Source: a virus. From it: a stretch of DNA of 64,000 nt. Shown piece after piece: positions 17,803 through 28,776 of the stretch. Location of the stretch: positions 107,944-171,943 of IMG/VR virus record IMGVR_UViG_3300027977_000008, one strand, 5' to 3'. Each line of letters starts with the position of its first letter. Positions within the stretch are counted from its first letter, which is position 1. The position numbers and the translations under genes are program-made. A model generated the notes under the pieces. The model ran no database searches. It was given only the letters and a program-made list of their open reading frames with translations, and had not been told where the DNA came from.

Positions 17803-19389
17803 TTAGAAACCTATATCGTCGAATGTAATTGCATCTTGTGGAGCAAGTGTAGATACAGACTGTTCAAATACATCTATAACACTAGGATCATCTTGATTAA
17901 TGTAATCTTGCTCAAAGATTGGAGTTAGTTCTGTGAATGATAATGTCATATTTGTTCTTACTGGCATTGATACGGCATTTGGATCATCATATGATTGATA
18001 AACTCCTTCTGGTGTATAATTTATTTCGCATGAAGTCAAAGCACATATTTTGAATTTATTCAAACCTTTTATACTTTTATTACCACTTCCTCTATATGAA
18101 ATTCTAAAAACGTTAGGCGATCCTATAAAAATAGAAGTGCTTTCAAATCTTTTTGCTGCCATTCCTTGCTTAAAAAATCTCATTACACGTCTTGCTGCTG
18201 TAGCATCATTTAATCCGATTGGAGCAAATTCAAAAGTAAATGAGAATGACCTAAGTTTAGGACCATTGAATAATAATTCGAGGTTTGGATTGATTGTTGT
18301 TCCTGTTCCTCTTGCAATGAATTGTGCAGGATCTACATTGATACCAACTTTACCCAAAGCATATTGTGCAATGAATGAAGATAATAGTAATCCTGCAGAC
18401 GTGTTTGCACCAAAATTTCCTTGCCCAAATTGGTCCATGAATTGTCCAAATCCACTAAAAGTACCACCTAACAATCCGCCAACATTTCCACCTATTGCCT
18501 GCTGTGCAAGTGGAAGAGCACCAAAGAATGCAGCAGCTTCTATAGGATTAGCACGATCTTCACCCCAACTTACACCATTTGAGATTGCTAACTGGTTTGG
18601 TATTGGTAATTTTACCATTCCTATGAAAAATCTAAGATTTGAATTTCTAGTTAATCCTTTAGTTACAATATCGGCAAAATTTGTAGTGAATTCATTTTGT
18701 CCAGTAATAAAAAGTTCTTCTTGAGGTGCTTTGTATGTAAATTGCTCTATAATAACGTGATCTTGTGTATTGGAAAAAGATGCATCGTTGGGATATGATA
18801 TGATTAGTGGACCAGTTTCGTTTGGGGCAAGTAAGGATTTTATTGTTTCTTTAGAACTATTCAAAAGTTCTTTGATTAATTCTGGATCAAGAGTTACGGC
18901 TTGTCCAGTTATAGGTGCAGACTGTGGAATTGCAGGTGCTTCTGGAGGTGGTGTTGGTTCTGGTGGTGCTAGTTGTTTTGTTTGCTTGGAAGCATCCCAC
19001 ACATCAACTGTTTTTGCATCTGCCAATGCTTGATCTATTTGAGCTTTTGTTGATCCCCCAGGCAGAGATGGGGTTTTATTTTGATTTTCGATGATAAGTT
19101 TTAATCTTCCTATCGCATCATAATATGAAGCTTTACCAGGATTACCATCTTCCATCAATTTTTTGAAGTCAGATTTATCTGGAGTTGTAAATTCCCAAGG
19201 AAGCAGCCCAGTTTTTACTTGATATACTTTTAAGAAATCGCCATTTGCAGTATCTTTACTGTAAAATGCAGTAAAGTTTTTCCCAGGATATCGTGGGTCG
19301 GTGAATTCAAACAGGCCGAAATGTATTCCAAGTTTTTCTGCTGGTCTTACTGGTTGTTTTTTTCCTGGAGGCTTATATGGATTTGCCAT
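17803..19389 (-). CDS. gp48: Baseplate tail tube cap, with long N-terminal extension
   Basis: NPNLELLFNGPKLRSFSFTF; CALTSCEINYTP; LSFTELTPI. Confidence 0.85.
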   Translation of the reverse strand: MANPYKPPGKKQPVRPAEKLGIHFGLFEFTDPRYPGKNFTAFYSKDTANGDFLKVYQVKTGLLPWEFTTPDKSDFKKLMEDGNPGKASYYDAIGRLKLIIENQNKTPSLPGGSTKAQIDQALADAKTVDVWDASKQTKQLAPPEPTPPPEAPAIPQSAPITGQAVTLDPELIKELLNSSKETIKSLLAPNETGPLIISYPNDASFSNTQDHVIIEQFTYKAPQEELFITGQNEFTTNFADIVTKGLTRNSNLRFFIGMVKLPIPNQLAISNGVSWGEDRANPIEAAAFFGALPLAQQAIGGNVGGLLGGTFSGFGQFMDQFGQGNFGANTSAGLLLSSFIAQYALGKVGINVDPAQFIARGTGTTINPNLELLFNGPKLRSFSFTFEFAPIGLNDATAARRVMRFFKQGMAAKRFESTSIFIGSPNVFRISYRGSGNKSIKGLNKFKICALTSCEINYTPEGVYQSYDDPNAVSMPVRTNMTLSFTELTPIFEQDYINQDDPSVIDVFEQSVSTLAPQDAITFDDIGF

Positions 19390-19814
19390 TATCCTAAACT
19401 CCTAAGATTAACTGTAACTTCTGCACCACGAAAACTTCTAACAAACTCTTCTACAGTTAATAGTGATGCAGCTTGCCATTCTTCCATTGCTATATCTATG
19501 AAATTACTTTCTACTTCTAATTTCAAGTATTTATGGAACCCAGTGCTGCCAAATAAAAATTCTTCCCAGTTTTGAACATCACTTGATTGTGCTTCTTGAA
19601 GCATATTTACCACATCCATTCGTTGACTTTTTGGATAATAGTGTAAGTTCATGCCATAGAACACTTCGTTCAAATCTAGAACAATGAAGCACAATGGATT
19701 TTTGTCATAAAATCGTTTTTCTGCAGTCACTGCACGATAACGAAATAACATTAAATGTCCTACTTGAGGAATACTTGTAACTGTTGATTTTGGAAATCGT
19801 GACTTATACTCCAA
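19389..19814 (-). CDS. gp2: DNA end protector-like protein
   Basis: FRYRA....YDKNPL; GMNLHY; lies between gp48 and gp4. Confidence 0.7.
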   Translation of the reverse strand: MEYKSRFPKSTVTSIPQVGHLMLFRYRAVTAEKRFYDKNPLCFIVLDLNEVFYGMNLHYYPKSQRMDVVNMLQEAQSSDVQNWEEFLFGSTGFHKYLKLEVESNFIDIAMEEWQAASLLTVEEFVRSFRGAEVTVNLRSLG

Positions 19815-20238
19815 GATCGTGCTCCGTTAATATTTTAAATTCCCATTTTCGATCATCGCAATATTCTTTTGCTGCTTCCCATTTTGCCATATTTTTAGCA
19901 TATTCATAAACTTCAGAAAGATATTTGTTAGATTTTAATTTCTGTGGTTTTGGACCTGCAACTTGTTTTGCTGGTTTTATTTCAATCAAACTTTCTATAA
20001 TTTTTCCAGAAGTATTTTTATATTTGATATAAAAATCTGGAAAGTATTTGTGTAAACGATCATCAATTGGAGACTTATAGGGAATCCAAAGTTCTTCTGA
20101 TGCCCATTTCAAAATATCTTGATTTGTATCACAATATCGCATAAATTTTAATTCCCACAAAGATCTATAAATGATATTTGTGGGATCACCTTTATATTTA
20201 CTAGAATTAGAAGGTCGAAATTTTCCCTTATAACTCAT
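19804..20238 (-). CDS. gp4: Head completion nuclease
   Basis: YKGDPTNIIYRSLWE; YFPDF; IEIKP; N.AKW.AA; FKILTE. Confidence 0.93.
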   Translation of the reverse strand: MSYKGKFRPSNSSKYKGDPTNIIYRSLWELKFMRYCDTNQDILKWASEELWIPYKSPIDDRLHKYFPDFYIKYKNTSGKIIESLIEIKPAKQVAGPKPQKLKSNKYLSEVYEYAKNMAKWEAAKEYCDDRKWEFKILTEHDLGV

Positions 20239-20266
20239 ACATAGTATATAAACGTCTTCTATTTAG

Positions 20267-21091
20267 ATGAGCGATTTAGAAAGATCAAAAAATAGAATTT
20301 ATATTCCAACATATGAACTGTACAATACTAGAACAAGTAAAACTGGATCTGGTATTGTACCTGCTTTTAATAACATATATGATGTATGGATAGATTTTAA
20401 TAGTGCTATAATCCAGGGTGGTGGTAATAGTTTAGTTGGATTTATCAATCAACATGGTTTTTATGAAAACAGTTTGTCAGAAAATCCAGGAAATTATCTA
20501 GCACTATTTTGTTCAGAAGCAGTTCTACCAGGATCACAAATTCAAACATCACAAGTTGACGGACTAAGGCAAGGTGTATCTTCAAACTATGCAGTTTATA
20601 GAAGATATCCAGATATTACATTAACATATTATTCTCAGAAAGATTATTTTACAAATGAAGTATTCAATGCTTGGATGGAATACATTTCGCCAACAGTTTT
20701 ATCGTCTGGTGGGCATGGCAGAAGTACAGGTGAAAGAAAAAAAGATAGAGCATCTTATAGGAAATTAAAATACCCATTAAGTTATAAATGTGACATACAG
20801 ATCACAACATTTGGTGGAGATATTCTTCCAAAACAGTACAGATCTAAAGACTATACTACTATTAAAAATAGCAATGCTTCTAGAATATCTAATAGTATTA
20901 CATACCATCTAATGGATGCTTTTCCAGTTAACATTGTTGCTGCACCATTAGCATATGGTAATGCAGAGTTGATCAAAACGGCAGTCACCTTCAAGTATGA
21001 TTACTATTATACTGATAGAACTTCCAGATCTTTTAATCAAGATGTAGTTGCGAGATCAGATTCTGGAAAGAACGTCAGAAATCCATTCTAA
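20267..21091 (+). CDS. Tail tube initiator / tube-fold protein (gp54/gp19-like)
   Basis: CSEAVLPG; F.AWMEYI; AFP.NI...L.Y...L.K..VTF.Y. Confidence 0.7.
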   Translation: MSDLERSKNRIYIPTYELYNTRTSKTGSGIVPAFNNIYDVWIDFNSAIIQGGGNSLVGFINQHGFYENSLSENPGNYLALFCSEAVLPGSQIQTSQVDGLRQGVSSNYAVYRRYPDITLTYYSQKDYFTNEVFNAWMEYISPTVLSSGGHGRSTGERKKDRASYRKLKYPLSYKCDIQITTFGGDILPKQYRSKDYTTIKNSNASRISNSITYHLMDAFPVNIVAAPLAYGNAELIKTAVTFKYDYYYTDRTSRSFNQDVVARSDSGKNVRNPF

Positions 21092-21115
21092 ATAAAGACA
21101 ATGATGTGAATTCTT

Positions 21116-21847
21116 ATGCCATTACCTAAAGTTGTTACTCCTACATTTGAACTAGATCTTATTTCTACTGGTAAATCAATTAAATATCGACCATTTCTTG
21201 TAAAGGAAGAGAAAGTTCTTCTGATTGCACTTGAGAGTGGTAATGAAAAGGATATTTTGAACGCTGTAAAAGATGTTTTAAAATCCTGTGTTCTTACTCG
21301 TGGTATCAAAGTTGATGATCTTCCTAGTTTTGAACTTGAATACCTTTTCTTGAATATTCGCAGCAAGTCTGTGGGTGAAAGTGTAGAACTTCTAGTTACT
21401 TGTACTGATGATGGAGAAACTCAAGTTCCATTAACAGTCAAAATCAACGAAGTAAAACTCGTTGTTCCTGAAGGACACGCTGATATTATTGATCTTGGTG
21501 ATGGGCTGAATATGAAGATGAAATATCCTTCCATGCAGCAATTTGTTGAAAATAATTTTTCTGTTACTAAGTCTGGAACAAATCTGGATAAGATTGATAG
21601 GGCATTCAAATCTGTGATCTCATGCATTGAACAGTTATATAATGAAGATGAAGCATGGTCACATTCTGATTATACTGAAAAAGAATGGGTTGAGTTCCTT
21701 GAAGGACTAAACAGTTTTCAATTTCAAATGATTGAGAAGTTTTTTGAAAGTATGCCAAAGTTATCATATTCGACAAAAATAACCAATCCCAATACTAATG
21801 TTGATACTGATGTCCTAATTGAGGGTTTGACAAATTTTTTCGCATAA
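21116..21847 (+). CDS. gp26: Baseplate hub subunit
   Basis: IKYRPFLVKEEKVLL; FELEYLFLNIRSKSVGE; IEGL..FF. Confidence 0.92.
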   Translation: MPLPKVVTPTFELDLISTGKSIKYRPFLVKEEKVLLIALESGNEKDILNAVKDVLKSCVLTRGIKVDDLPSFELEYLFLNIRSKSVGESVELLVTCTDDGETQVPLTVKINEVKLVVPEGHADIIDLGDGLNMKMKYPSMQQFVENNFSVTKSGTNLDKIDRAFKSVISCIEQLYNEDEAWSHSDYTEKEWVEFLEGLNSFQFQMIEKFFESMPKLSYSTKITNPNTNVDTDVLIEGLTNFFA

Positions 21848-22035
21848 TGTTATATCATACAGATATGACTTCATATTACGAAGACAACTTTGCGTTGATG
21901 CATTATCATAGATGGAGTTTATCTGAACTTGACGATTTGATCCCTTGGGAAAAGGAAACTTATATCAAATATCTAGAGAATTATTTGGAGAAGAAAAAGT
22001 TAGAGGCAGCACAAGCAGCAAACGCTAATGGCTAA
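21847..22035 (+). CDS. gp51: Baseplate hub assembly protein
   Basis: NFALMHYHRWSLSELDDLIPWEKETYI. Confidence 0.85.
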   Translation: MLYHTDMTSYYEDNFALMHYHRWSLSELDDLIPWEKETYIKYLENYLEKKKLEAAQAANANG

Positions 22036-23704
22036 TTTAGAACCACATCAATATTTTGGAATTAGAGTTCCTTCAGCTGGAACTTATAGGCATCCTGGTG
22101 AAATGAATGCATCAGACTATGCTAAAAAAATGATCAATCGTTATGGTGATCCTTTAGCAGATGTTGCTACAGGAAAACCTGTGGAAGGAATAAAATCTCT
22201 CCTTCCACAGAGAATGAGTAAGGAATATGATAAACTTTTGATGAGTGCAGAAGAAAAGGCATCAGCACTTACTCCACAATCAATACGCACATTAGGAAAA
22301 CTTGTATTAGAATTTGAACAAGTCAACAATAATCTTGGTTCAATTCAATCACAGATTAGAGAAGACATTAGTAACAAGAAGAAATATTTTAATGAAGAAA
22401 AGAAGTTATATAAAGAAGAAGAAGATAATTTAACTAGTTTACGTGGATCGTTTTTTGATCTAAGATCTAAGTTTGCTGGGTTATCTGCAGTTCTAAGTGG
22501 TAAAGCATTATCAGAAGGTCGATTTGGTGATGCTGCTGTTAATGCTGGAGCTGCAGTTACTGCAATGCTCCCAGAGATCGTCAATATCGTTTCTGGATTA
22601 GTCCTAGCAAGAATGGCACTTGGTGGTAGGGGAAACGCCGCAGCAGGTGCTACAGTCGCTCGTAGACCTGGTATGGGTGGACTAGGGATGCTAGGACTTG
22701 CTGCTGCAGTACCATTGACAATGGGTGCTGCTGATGTAAGAAGACAGGAACTTATAAAAAAGCAGACTGGATCTGCAGTAATTAATCCAGAGGATGTTGA
22801 TAGATTTCAAGCAACCGTAACTCGTTTTAATGAAATCCTAACACAAAGAGGTGGTGGAAAAGCACAAGAACAACCAAAGGTTGCAGTTGAAGATTTGATG
22901 AAAAAAAGACCAAAGAATTATCCTGGCGGTGGGGGTGGTATATCTGGTGATGTAAATGCTGCAGATGTAATTGCAGATACACCACAAGAAAAGGCGTTTA
23001 TTGCATCTGTTAGGGAAGTTGAAGGAACTTCTAGTGCAAAAGGATATAATACATTCTTCGGTGGTTCTCAATATGGAGGAGATTTATCTAAACTAACAGC
23101 AAATCAAGTTGCTGAACTGCAAAGAAAGTTTCTAAAAGAAGGTAGAGGATATTATTCTGGTGGAAGATCTGCAGCAGTTGGTGCTGGGCAATTTATGGAA
23201 CCAGAAAATGTTGTTAGTGCGATGGGATTAGACCCTACTAAGGAAAAGCTTACTCCAGAATTACAGAACAAAATGATATTATTCCTTGCAAAAAAGAAAA
23301 GAAGAATAGATGTATCAAAACCACTATCAATTAATGATCTTCGTGTTTTAAATGAGGAATGGGCTGGATTTGGACCTCGTTATGGACAAACAAAGAGAAC
23401 ATTGCAACAAAGTTTAGATATTTACAACCAAAACCTTAGAGAAGCACAAGGAGCACAGACAAGTCCAAAACCAAAAAAATCTGCTCAAAATAGTAAGATT
23501 GATGGTAAACCTAGTGAGCAAAGTTCAACTGGCAGACCTGCAAGTTCTGATGTTGCTTTACTAACAATTCCTGGTAAGCAATCAGTTGTTAAACCACAAG
23601 GACCAAAATCTGCTCCAGCATCAAGTGAAATTGCATTCAACACTACTTTTGAAAGTGTTGATAGATTTACTTCTAATCTCATTCTAGGAGTATACGGAGC
23701 ATGA
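22028..23704 (+). CDS. Tape-measure/hub-like protein with lambda-type lysozyme domain
   Basis: Coiled-coil and Gly/Ala-rich N-terminal half; EGT...YNTFFGG...AVGAGQF...Q.KM...EWAGF muramidase motif. Confidence 0.75.
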   Translation: MANLEPHQYFGIRVPSAGTYRHPGEMNASDYAKKMINRYGDPLADVATGKPVEGIKSLLPQRMSKEYDKLLMSAEEKASALTPQSIRTLGKLVLEFEQVNNNLGSIQSQIREDISNKKKYFNEEKKLYKEEEDNLTSLRGSFFDLRSKFAGLSAVLSGKALSEGRFGDAAVNAGAAVTAMLPEIVNIVSGLVLARMALGGRGNAAAGATVARRPGMGGLGMLGLAAAVPLTMGAADVRRQELIKKQTGSAVINPEDVDRFQATVTRFNEILTQRGGGKAQEQPKVAVEDLMKKRPKNYPGGGGGISGDVNAADVIADTPQEKAFIASVREVEGTSSAKGYNTFFGGSQYGGDLSKLTANQVAELQRKFLKEGRGYYSGGRSAAVGAGQFMEPENVVSAMGLDPTKEKLTPELQNKMILFLAKKKRRIDVSKPLSINDLRVLNEEWAGFGPRYGQTKRTLQQSLDIYNQNLREAQGAQTSPKPKKSAQNSKIDGKPSEQSSTGRPASSDVALLTIPGKQSVVKPQGPKSAPASSEIAFNTTFESVDRFTSNLILGVYGA

Positions 23705-25341
23705 ATTTAGAAAGAGTATTACAAGCTGCTTCATCTGCAAGTAAAAATAGTGTTAATTTAGAAAAATTATTTTCTAAATCTGTTGCAACCACCAATCAAA
23801 TTGAAGAACAACGTCTTCGTGCTAGAACACAACTTTTAGAAGTAAGACAAAAAACCTACACTGCAATTCAGCAGTCGGAACAAGATTCAGAAAATAAAGA
23901 CGGAATAGTAGAAAAAGTTCTTGGAACACTTGGACTGGCAGGACTATCAAAAGGTCTAAAAGGTGCTAAATCACCAAGTGGAGTTAAAGGCATAGGAATA
24001 TCACCAAAACCTAGAGCAGGTGTAGGAAAATCAATTCCTTTATTGAGTGCTGCATTTACTGGAATAGACTTTTTACAAAGAAAACAATCAGGACAAACAA
24101 ATGTTCAAGCTGGCGTAGGTGCTGGTGCTGGATTATTAGGTGCATTGGGAGCAGGTGCAGCTGCTGGGGCAATTTATGGTTCTGTTGTTCCTGGAGCAGG
24201 AACTCTTTCTGGCGGTATTATTGGTGGCACAATTGCATTAGCAGCATCTATTGGTGGTGGATATCTAGCATCTTCAGCAGCAGATAAATTGACTGGTGTT
24301 GATGCTGGAGAACAAGAAGTAGAGCGTAGAGTACAAGAAGAGGAAAAAAGAACTAATTTACTGATTACTAAAACACCGTTTTCTGGTGCATTGGATACCT
24401 TTGATGCTGCTTTAGATAAGCTTGCATCTTTCCCTGGTGGTATTTGTGCATGTGCTGGTAGAGAACAACCAGCAAAAGCACCTAGTATACAAAGGACAGG
24501 TGTTGATACTCTTATTGAAGATCTAATACCAAAACCAAAAGCACCACCTACACCAAAAACAGATCCGGGTACTGGTACGGGTGATACAACAGGTACTGGT
24601 AAACAAACACCAATTGAAGTTATACCATATGACCCTAATAAACCTAAAACTAATCCAAAACCAAAAGCACCACCTACACCAAAAACAGATCCGGGTACTG
24701 GTACGGGTGATACAACAGGTACTGGTAAACAAACACCAATTGAAGTTATACCATATGACCCTAATAAACCTAAAACTAATCCAAAATCTGAAACATCATC
24801 TGAACCAACTAAACCTAAACCTGAACCTAAAAAACCATCTGAAACACCATCTGAACCAACTAAATCTGAACCTAAAAAACTATCTAAACCAACACCAACT
24901 CCCCAATCGATCATTGGAGAAACATCTGCTTCTAGATATACTCCAAGAACACTTGGAGATCCTAATACAGAAAGACCTCAAGAAATGGTTGAGGAAGTCA
25001 TTGATACTCCAGAAGGGCAGGTTAGTATTAGAAAACCTGCATCTAAAGTAGAACAATCAACTCCAGAAGAATTCTTCCAAAAGCAAGAATTAAAAGGAGT
25101 AAAGAGGCAAATCAATCCACTAAAAAGAATACGAGAAACACTATCACCAGAAAAAAATTCTTCTGTTGGTTTTCAAAATAATATGGGTGGACAAAATATT
25201 ATTGCATTAGCAGAACCAAATACCACGATTGTTCCTGTTCCTGTAGGTGGTGGAACGCAGAGTATTGGTGGTGGTGGTGGAGCATCTCCATACCAGGCTG
25301 CTGCTAAATATGCACAGATGATGTCACAGATAACCGCATAA
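23701..25341 (+). CDS. Tape-measure-like structural protein with Pro/Lys-rich repeats
   Basis: Gly/Ala-rich hydrophobic segment; internal 42-aa duplication. Confidence 0.7.
   Translation: MNLERVLQAASSASKNSVNLEKLFSKSVATTNQIEEQRLRARTQLLEVRQKTYTAIQQSEQDSENKDGIVEKVLGTLGLAGLSKGLKGAKSPSGVKGIGISPKPRAGVGKSIPLLSAAFTGIDFLQRKQSGQTNVQAGVGAGAGLLGALGAGAAAGAIYGSVVPGAGTLSGGIIGGTIALAASIGGGYLASSAADKLTGVDAGEQEVERRVQEEEKRTNLLITKTPFSGALDTFDAALDKLASFPGGICACAGREQPAKAPSIQRTGVDTLIEDLIPKPKAPPTPKTDPGTGTGDTTGTGKQTPIEVIPYDPNKPKTNPKPKAPPTPKTDPGTGTGDTTGTGKQTPIEVIPYDPNKPKTNPKSETSSEPTKPKPEPKKPSETPSEPTKSEPKKLSKPTPTPQSIIGETSASRYTPRTLGDPNTERPQEMVEEVIDTPEGQVSIRKPASKVEQSTPEEFFQKQELKGVKRQINPLKRIRETLSPEKNSSVGFQNNMGGQNIIALAEPNTTIVPVPVGGGTQSIGGGGGASPYQAAAKYAQMMSQITA
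24529..24786 (+). repeat. Perfect 126-bp tandem duplication (in frame, 42 aa)
   Basis: Units start at 24529 and 24655; PKPKAPPTPKTDPGTGTGDTTGTGKQTPIEVIPYDPNKPKTN x2. Confidence 0.95.
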
Positions 25342-26603
25342 TGTCCAATTTCCTAAAAGGACATAAAGTAATAGAACTTTTAATTGCTTCTCCTAAAGGT
25401 GATAAGTTTGAGGATGTTCGTTTACAGTCTGGTCTCATCAGTTATTATGAAGATATCGTAGATAGTTCAATTCACTTTGAAATTGACATTCTAGACACCA
25501 GTGGTAAGTTAGCAAAACTTCCTGTAAGAAGTGGTGCGGTTGTATATCTTACAATTACACACCCTTCTGGGGAAATGAGATTTGATCAAAATAATCCATT
25601 AGTCATCAGTAATATCAAAACAGGAACAGCATCAGCAAAACGAGAAGTTTATACTTTAATCTTAGAAACCCAAGGATCATTCAGCAATCATACAACTAGA
25701 TTATATCGCAAATACACAGGTAAACTTGATACAATTATCAGAAAAATATTAGAAAAAGATCTTCGCATCAATCCATCAAGAATAAAAACACTTGAGGAAA
25801 CTTCAAATACTTATAGTTTTATGGGAAACTATAAGAAACCTTTATTCACTTGTACTTGGTTATGCCCAAAGTCTATTCCTATTGTCAATAACGGAAAAAA
25901 TTCTGGAACCGCTGGATATTTTTTCTATGAAACATTAGATGGATATTATTTCAGAAGCGTTGATAATATTTTCAATGAGGCAAAAAAGAATAAAGATAGA
26001 ATTCTGAAATATGATTATGACGAAGCACTAGATGCACTAAGTCCAAACAACAATTTCAAACTTGTTTCACCTCCAGTTTGGAAAGAAAGTCATGATATCC
26101 TAGAAAAACTAAGACTAGGTATGTACAGATCTTCTAATTTGTTTTATAATATCGTTACAAGATCGCCAGACTTTCAAGACTATTATTTTAGTTACAGCAT
26201 AAACAACCAACTGACATTATCGAATGAAGTTGAGAATATTCCCAATAAAATCGATATGTATCCATCAAGAATTATTATGGGAGTAATTGATACAGGAACA
26301 TTATCTGCAAAAGGTGAATTAGATACACCACAATATCAACCATTGTTTCAATCGCAAGGAATTGCAAGATATGCATCACTGTTCTCTCAAACATTATCAA
26401 TAACAGTGCCAATGAATTTCAATTTAAGAATTGGAGAAGTTATATTCTGCAACTTTTCTAAGATAAATAAGCAAGAATCTGATTTTGGTTCCGATCCTAG
26501 TTCGGGATATTATATGATTAAGTCATTGGCACATAAATTTTCCTCAAGGGGCGATTTTACTGGATTGACTTTAGTAAGAGATTCTTACGCACAACTAACA
26601 TGA
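25341..26603 (+). CDS. Baseplate hub-like structural protein
   Basis: GYFFYETLDGYYFRSVD; SGYYMIKSLAH; LVRDSY; lies before gp5. Confidence 0.7.
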   Translation: MSNFLKGHKVIELLIASPKGDKFEDVRLQSGLISYYEDIVDSSIHFEIDILDTSGKLAKLPVRSGAVVYLTITHPSGEMRFDQNNPLVISNIKTGTASAKREVYTLILETQGSFSNHTTRLYRKYTGKLDTIIRKILEKDLRINPSRIKTLEETSNTYSFMGNYKKPLFTCTWLCPKSIPIVNNGKNSGTAGYFFYETLDGYYFRSVDNIFNEAKKNKDRILKYDYDEALDALSPNNNFKLVSPPVWKESHDILEKLRLGMYRSSNLFYNIVTRSPDFQDYYFSYSINNQLTLSNEVENIPNKIDMYPSRIIMGVIDTGTLSAKGELDTPQYQPLFQSQGIARYASLFSQTLSITVPMNFNLRIGEVIFCNFSKINKQESDFGSDPSSGYYMIKSLAHKFSSRGDFTGLTLVRDSYAQLT

Positions 26604-26812
26604 TAAACATCGAAGACCACATAGAAAAAAATATCACAGATCTTTATGATCCTGGCATTTCTTTACAACGTCTTCGTTTTCTAGAACAAGAACTAGAAGA
26701 CTTGAAAATGTATCAGGCAAATCATCCTGAAGATCCACACGATCCAACTCAGTTTGAGATATATTGTGATCAAAACCCTAACGCACTTGAGTGTAGAGTT
26801 TACGAAAACTAA
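26600..26812 (+). CDS. cp12: Calvin cycle inhibitor CP12
   Basis: C-terminal FEIYCDQNPNALECRVYE motif. Confidence 0.88.
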   Translation: MINIEDHIEKNITDLYDPGISLQRLRFLEQELEDLKMYQANHPEDPHDPTQFEIYCDQNPNALECRVYEN

Positions 26813-28776
26813 TGTTAGATCAACGCCTATCTAAGATTAACTTTATCGGAGAAGATGGATTTCATTGGTTCATTGGACAGGTAACCGCTGATCCAAATTG
26901 GCGAGAATTTAGCACAAAATACGGATATCGGGCAAAAGTCAGGATCTTAGGTCGTCATCCAGCATCGAATGAGGTTCCTGATAGTGAACTACCATGGGCA
27001 CATTTTCTAGTACCACCAACATTAGGTGCTGGCAAGAATTTTGGTGGTACTAGTTTTGCACTGCAAGGTGGTGAAACTGTCCTAGGATTTTTTCTAGACG
27101 GTGATGATATGCAACAACCCATTATCATGGGTGCATTGTTTAGTGGAGAAGCAGAAAAAAATCTTGTTGCTTGGCAGAAAGCGGTAGATAAAGGGACTAG
27201 TGGTTTCCAACCAATTGATTTTAATAGGCAATTAAAATATTCAACTGCAGTAAAACCTGCTACTGGAGGATCTCCAACGGGGAATGGAGTTCCTGGACAG
27301 GGTAAAACTGCAGATGGGAAAGAAAGTATTCAGGGAAAACAAAACAACGACGCAAAGAAAAAAATTGTAGGACGTGCTAAAAAATGTAAAGATGGCAAAG
27401 GCTTCATGTGGGAAGTCGCACGTTCATTATCAACATTTATTGAGGTTGTTAATGATTTGAAAGCATTTAAAGATGGATACATTGATCCAGTTTTGAATGA
27501 AATTGCTGATATCGGATCATTAGTTAATCAAATTGCAGATTTAATTTCTGGAGCATTTTCAGAATTAATCAGACAAGCACGAAAGTATCTGTTTAAAAAA
27601 ATCTTTAATACTATAAAGGATCTTTTAAACTTCATCTTACCAGAAAGTTTCTTAAAAGATATCGCCATTAAGAAATCAATGGATACAATCTATTGTGTGA
27701 TTGAAAATATCATCAAAGGTCTTAAGAAATTTATTGGTGATTTCTTGATGCAAATGGTTGGTAAGATTATCAATATTCCACTATGTGCTGCTGAACAATT
27801 TATTGCAGGATTAATTTCGGAGATTGGAGAATCAATTCAAAAAGCAATTGGTCCTGCTATGAGTGCTATTGGACAAATTTTAGGACCAATTGGATCATTC
27901 ATGGGATTTATTGATCAAGCAATTAACTATGCCCAAGTTGGTCTAAACTTCCTCAAGTGTGAAGGTGATATATGTGAATCACAACCATATAATTGGGCAA
28001 TCAATTTTGGTCCAGTACCACAAGAAACTGCAGACTTTAAGAGAACAATTAATATTTCTAAGTATATTGGTAATCTGAATAAAGATACTAAGAATACAAT
28101 TGCAGGATGGTTCCCCAAAGATGATAATCCTGCAGATGATGAAGTTGTTGCTAGTCTTGTAGGTGGTTGTGATCCATATAATATTACATGTGGTCCACCA
28201 AATGTTCTTATCTTTGGTGGTGGTGGTTTTGAAGCAGCAGCTAGAGCAGTTGTAAACAGTTTTGGGCAAGTTGTTGGTGTTAATATGACTAGTGTTGGAT
28301 TTGGTTATACTAGTTCACCATATGTACAGTTTATTGATCCTTGTGATAGTGGATATGGTGCTACTGGACAAGCAATCGTTCAAAATGGACAAGTCACCAA
28401 TATTGTGATGCTTGAACCTGGTGGTGGATATATTCCAACATCAGAAATTACACCAGATAGTCGGGGTGAAGATGTTGTTGGACAACTCTTTGGTGTTAAA
28501 GTTGTCAATACAGGTATTGGATATTCGCCAGACGATATGATCGAAAGTGAATGTGGTGTTCTGAAACCAATCCTAGATGGTGAAGGGAGAGTTGTTGGTG
28601 CCGATATTATTTCGTCTGAACTTGGATGCACAACGCTTCCTAACCTAGCAATAAATAGTGCAACTGGTGTTGGTGTAATCATCAGACCTGTTATGAAGTA
28701 CATTAGAAGAAGTGAGATCAAAGTTGATATTCCACCAGAAAAAGTTCTTCGTGTTGTAGATTGTGTGAGTAAATAA
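26812..28776 (+). CDS. gp5: Baseplate hub gp5 N-terminal (OB-fold) protein; no lysozyme domain seen
   Basis: GEDGFHWFIGQV; RAKVRILG.H; LPWA; GFFLDG...QQPIIMG. Confidence 0.82.
   Translation: MLDQRLSKINFIGEDGFHWFIGQVTADPNWREFSTKYGYRAKVRILGRHPASNEVPDSELPWAHFLVPPTLGAGKNFGGTSFALQGGETVLGFFLDGDDMQQPIIMGALFSGEAEKNLVAWQKAVDKGTSGFQPIDFNRQLKYSTAVKPATGGSPTGNGVPGQGKTADGKESIQGKQNNDAKKKIVGRAKKCKDGKGFMWEVARSLSTFIEVVNDLKAFKDGYIDPVLNEIADIGSLVNQIADLISGAFSELIRQARKYLFKKIFNTIKDLLNFILPESFLKDIAIKKSMDTIYCVIENIIKGLKKFIGDFLMQMVGKIINIPLCAAEQFIAGLISEIGESIQKAIGPAMSAIGQILGPIGSFMGFIDQAINYAQVGLNFLKCEGDICESQPYNWAINFGPVPQETADFKRTINISKYIGNLNKDTKNTIAGWFPKDDNPADDEVVASLVGGCDPYNITCGPPNVLIFGGGGFEAAARAVVNSFGQVVGVNMTSVGFGYTSSPYVQFIDPCDSGYGATGQAIVQNGQVTNIVMLEPGGGYIPTSEITPDSRGEDVVGQLFGVKVVNTGIGYSPDDMIESECGVLKPILDGEGRVVGADIISSELGCTTLPNLAINSATGVGVIIRPVMKYIRRSEIKVDIPPEKVLRVVDCVSK

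Noticed and set aside
18050-18724. Long antisense ORFs (for example 18050-18724, 24174-24914, 28380-28799, 50026-50472)
   Set aside because: Shadows of real genes on the opposite strand, with no motifs or RBS.
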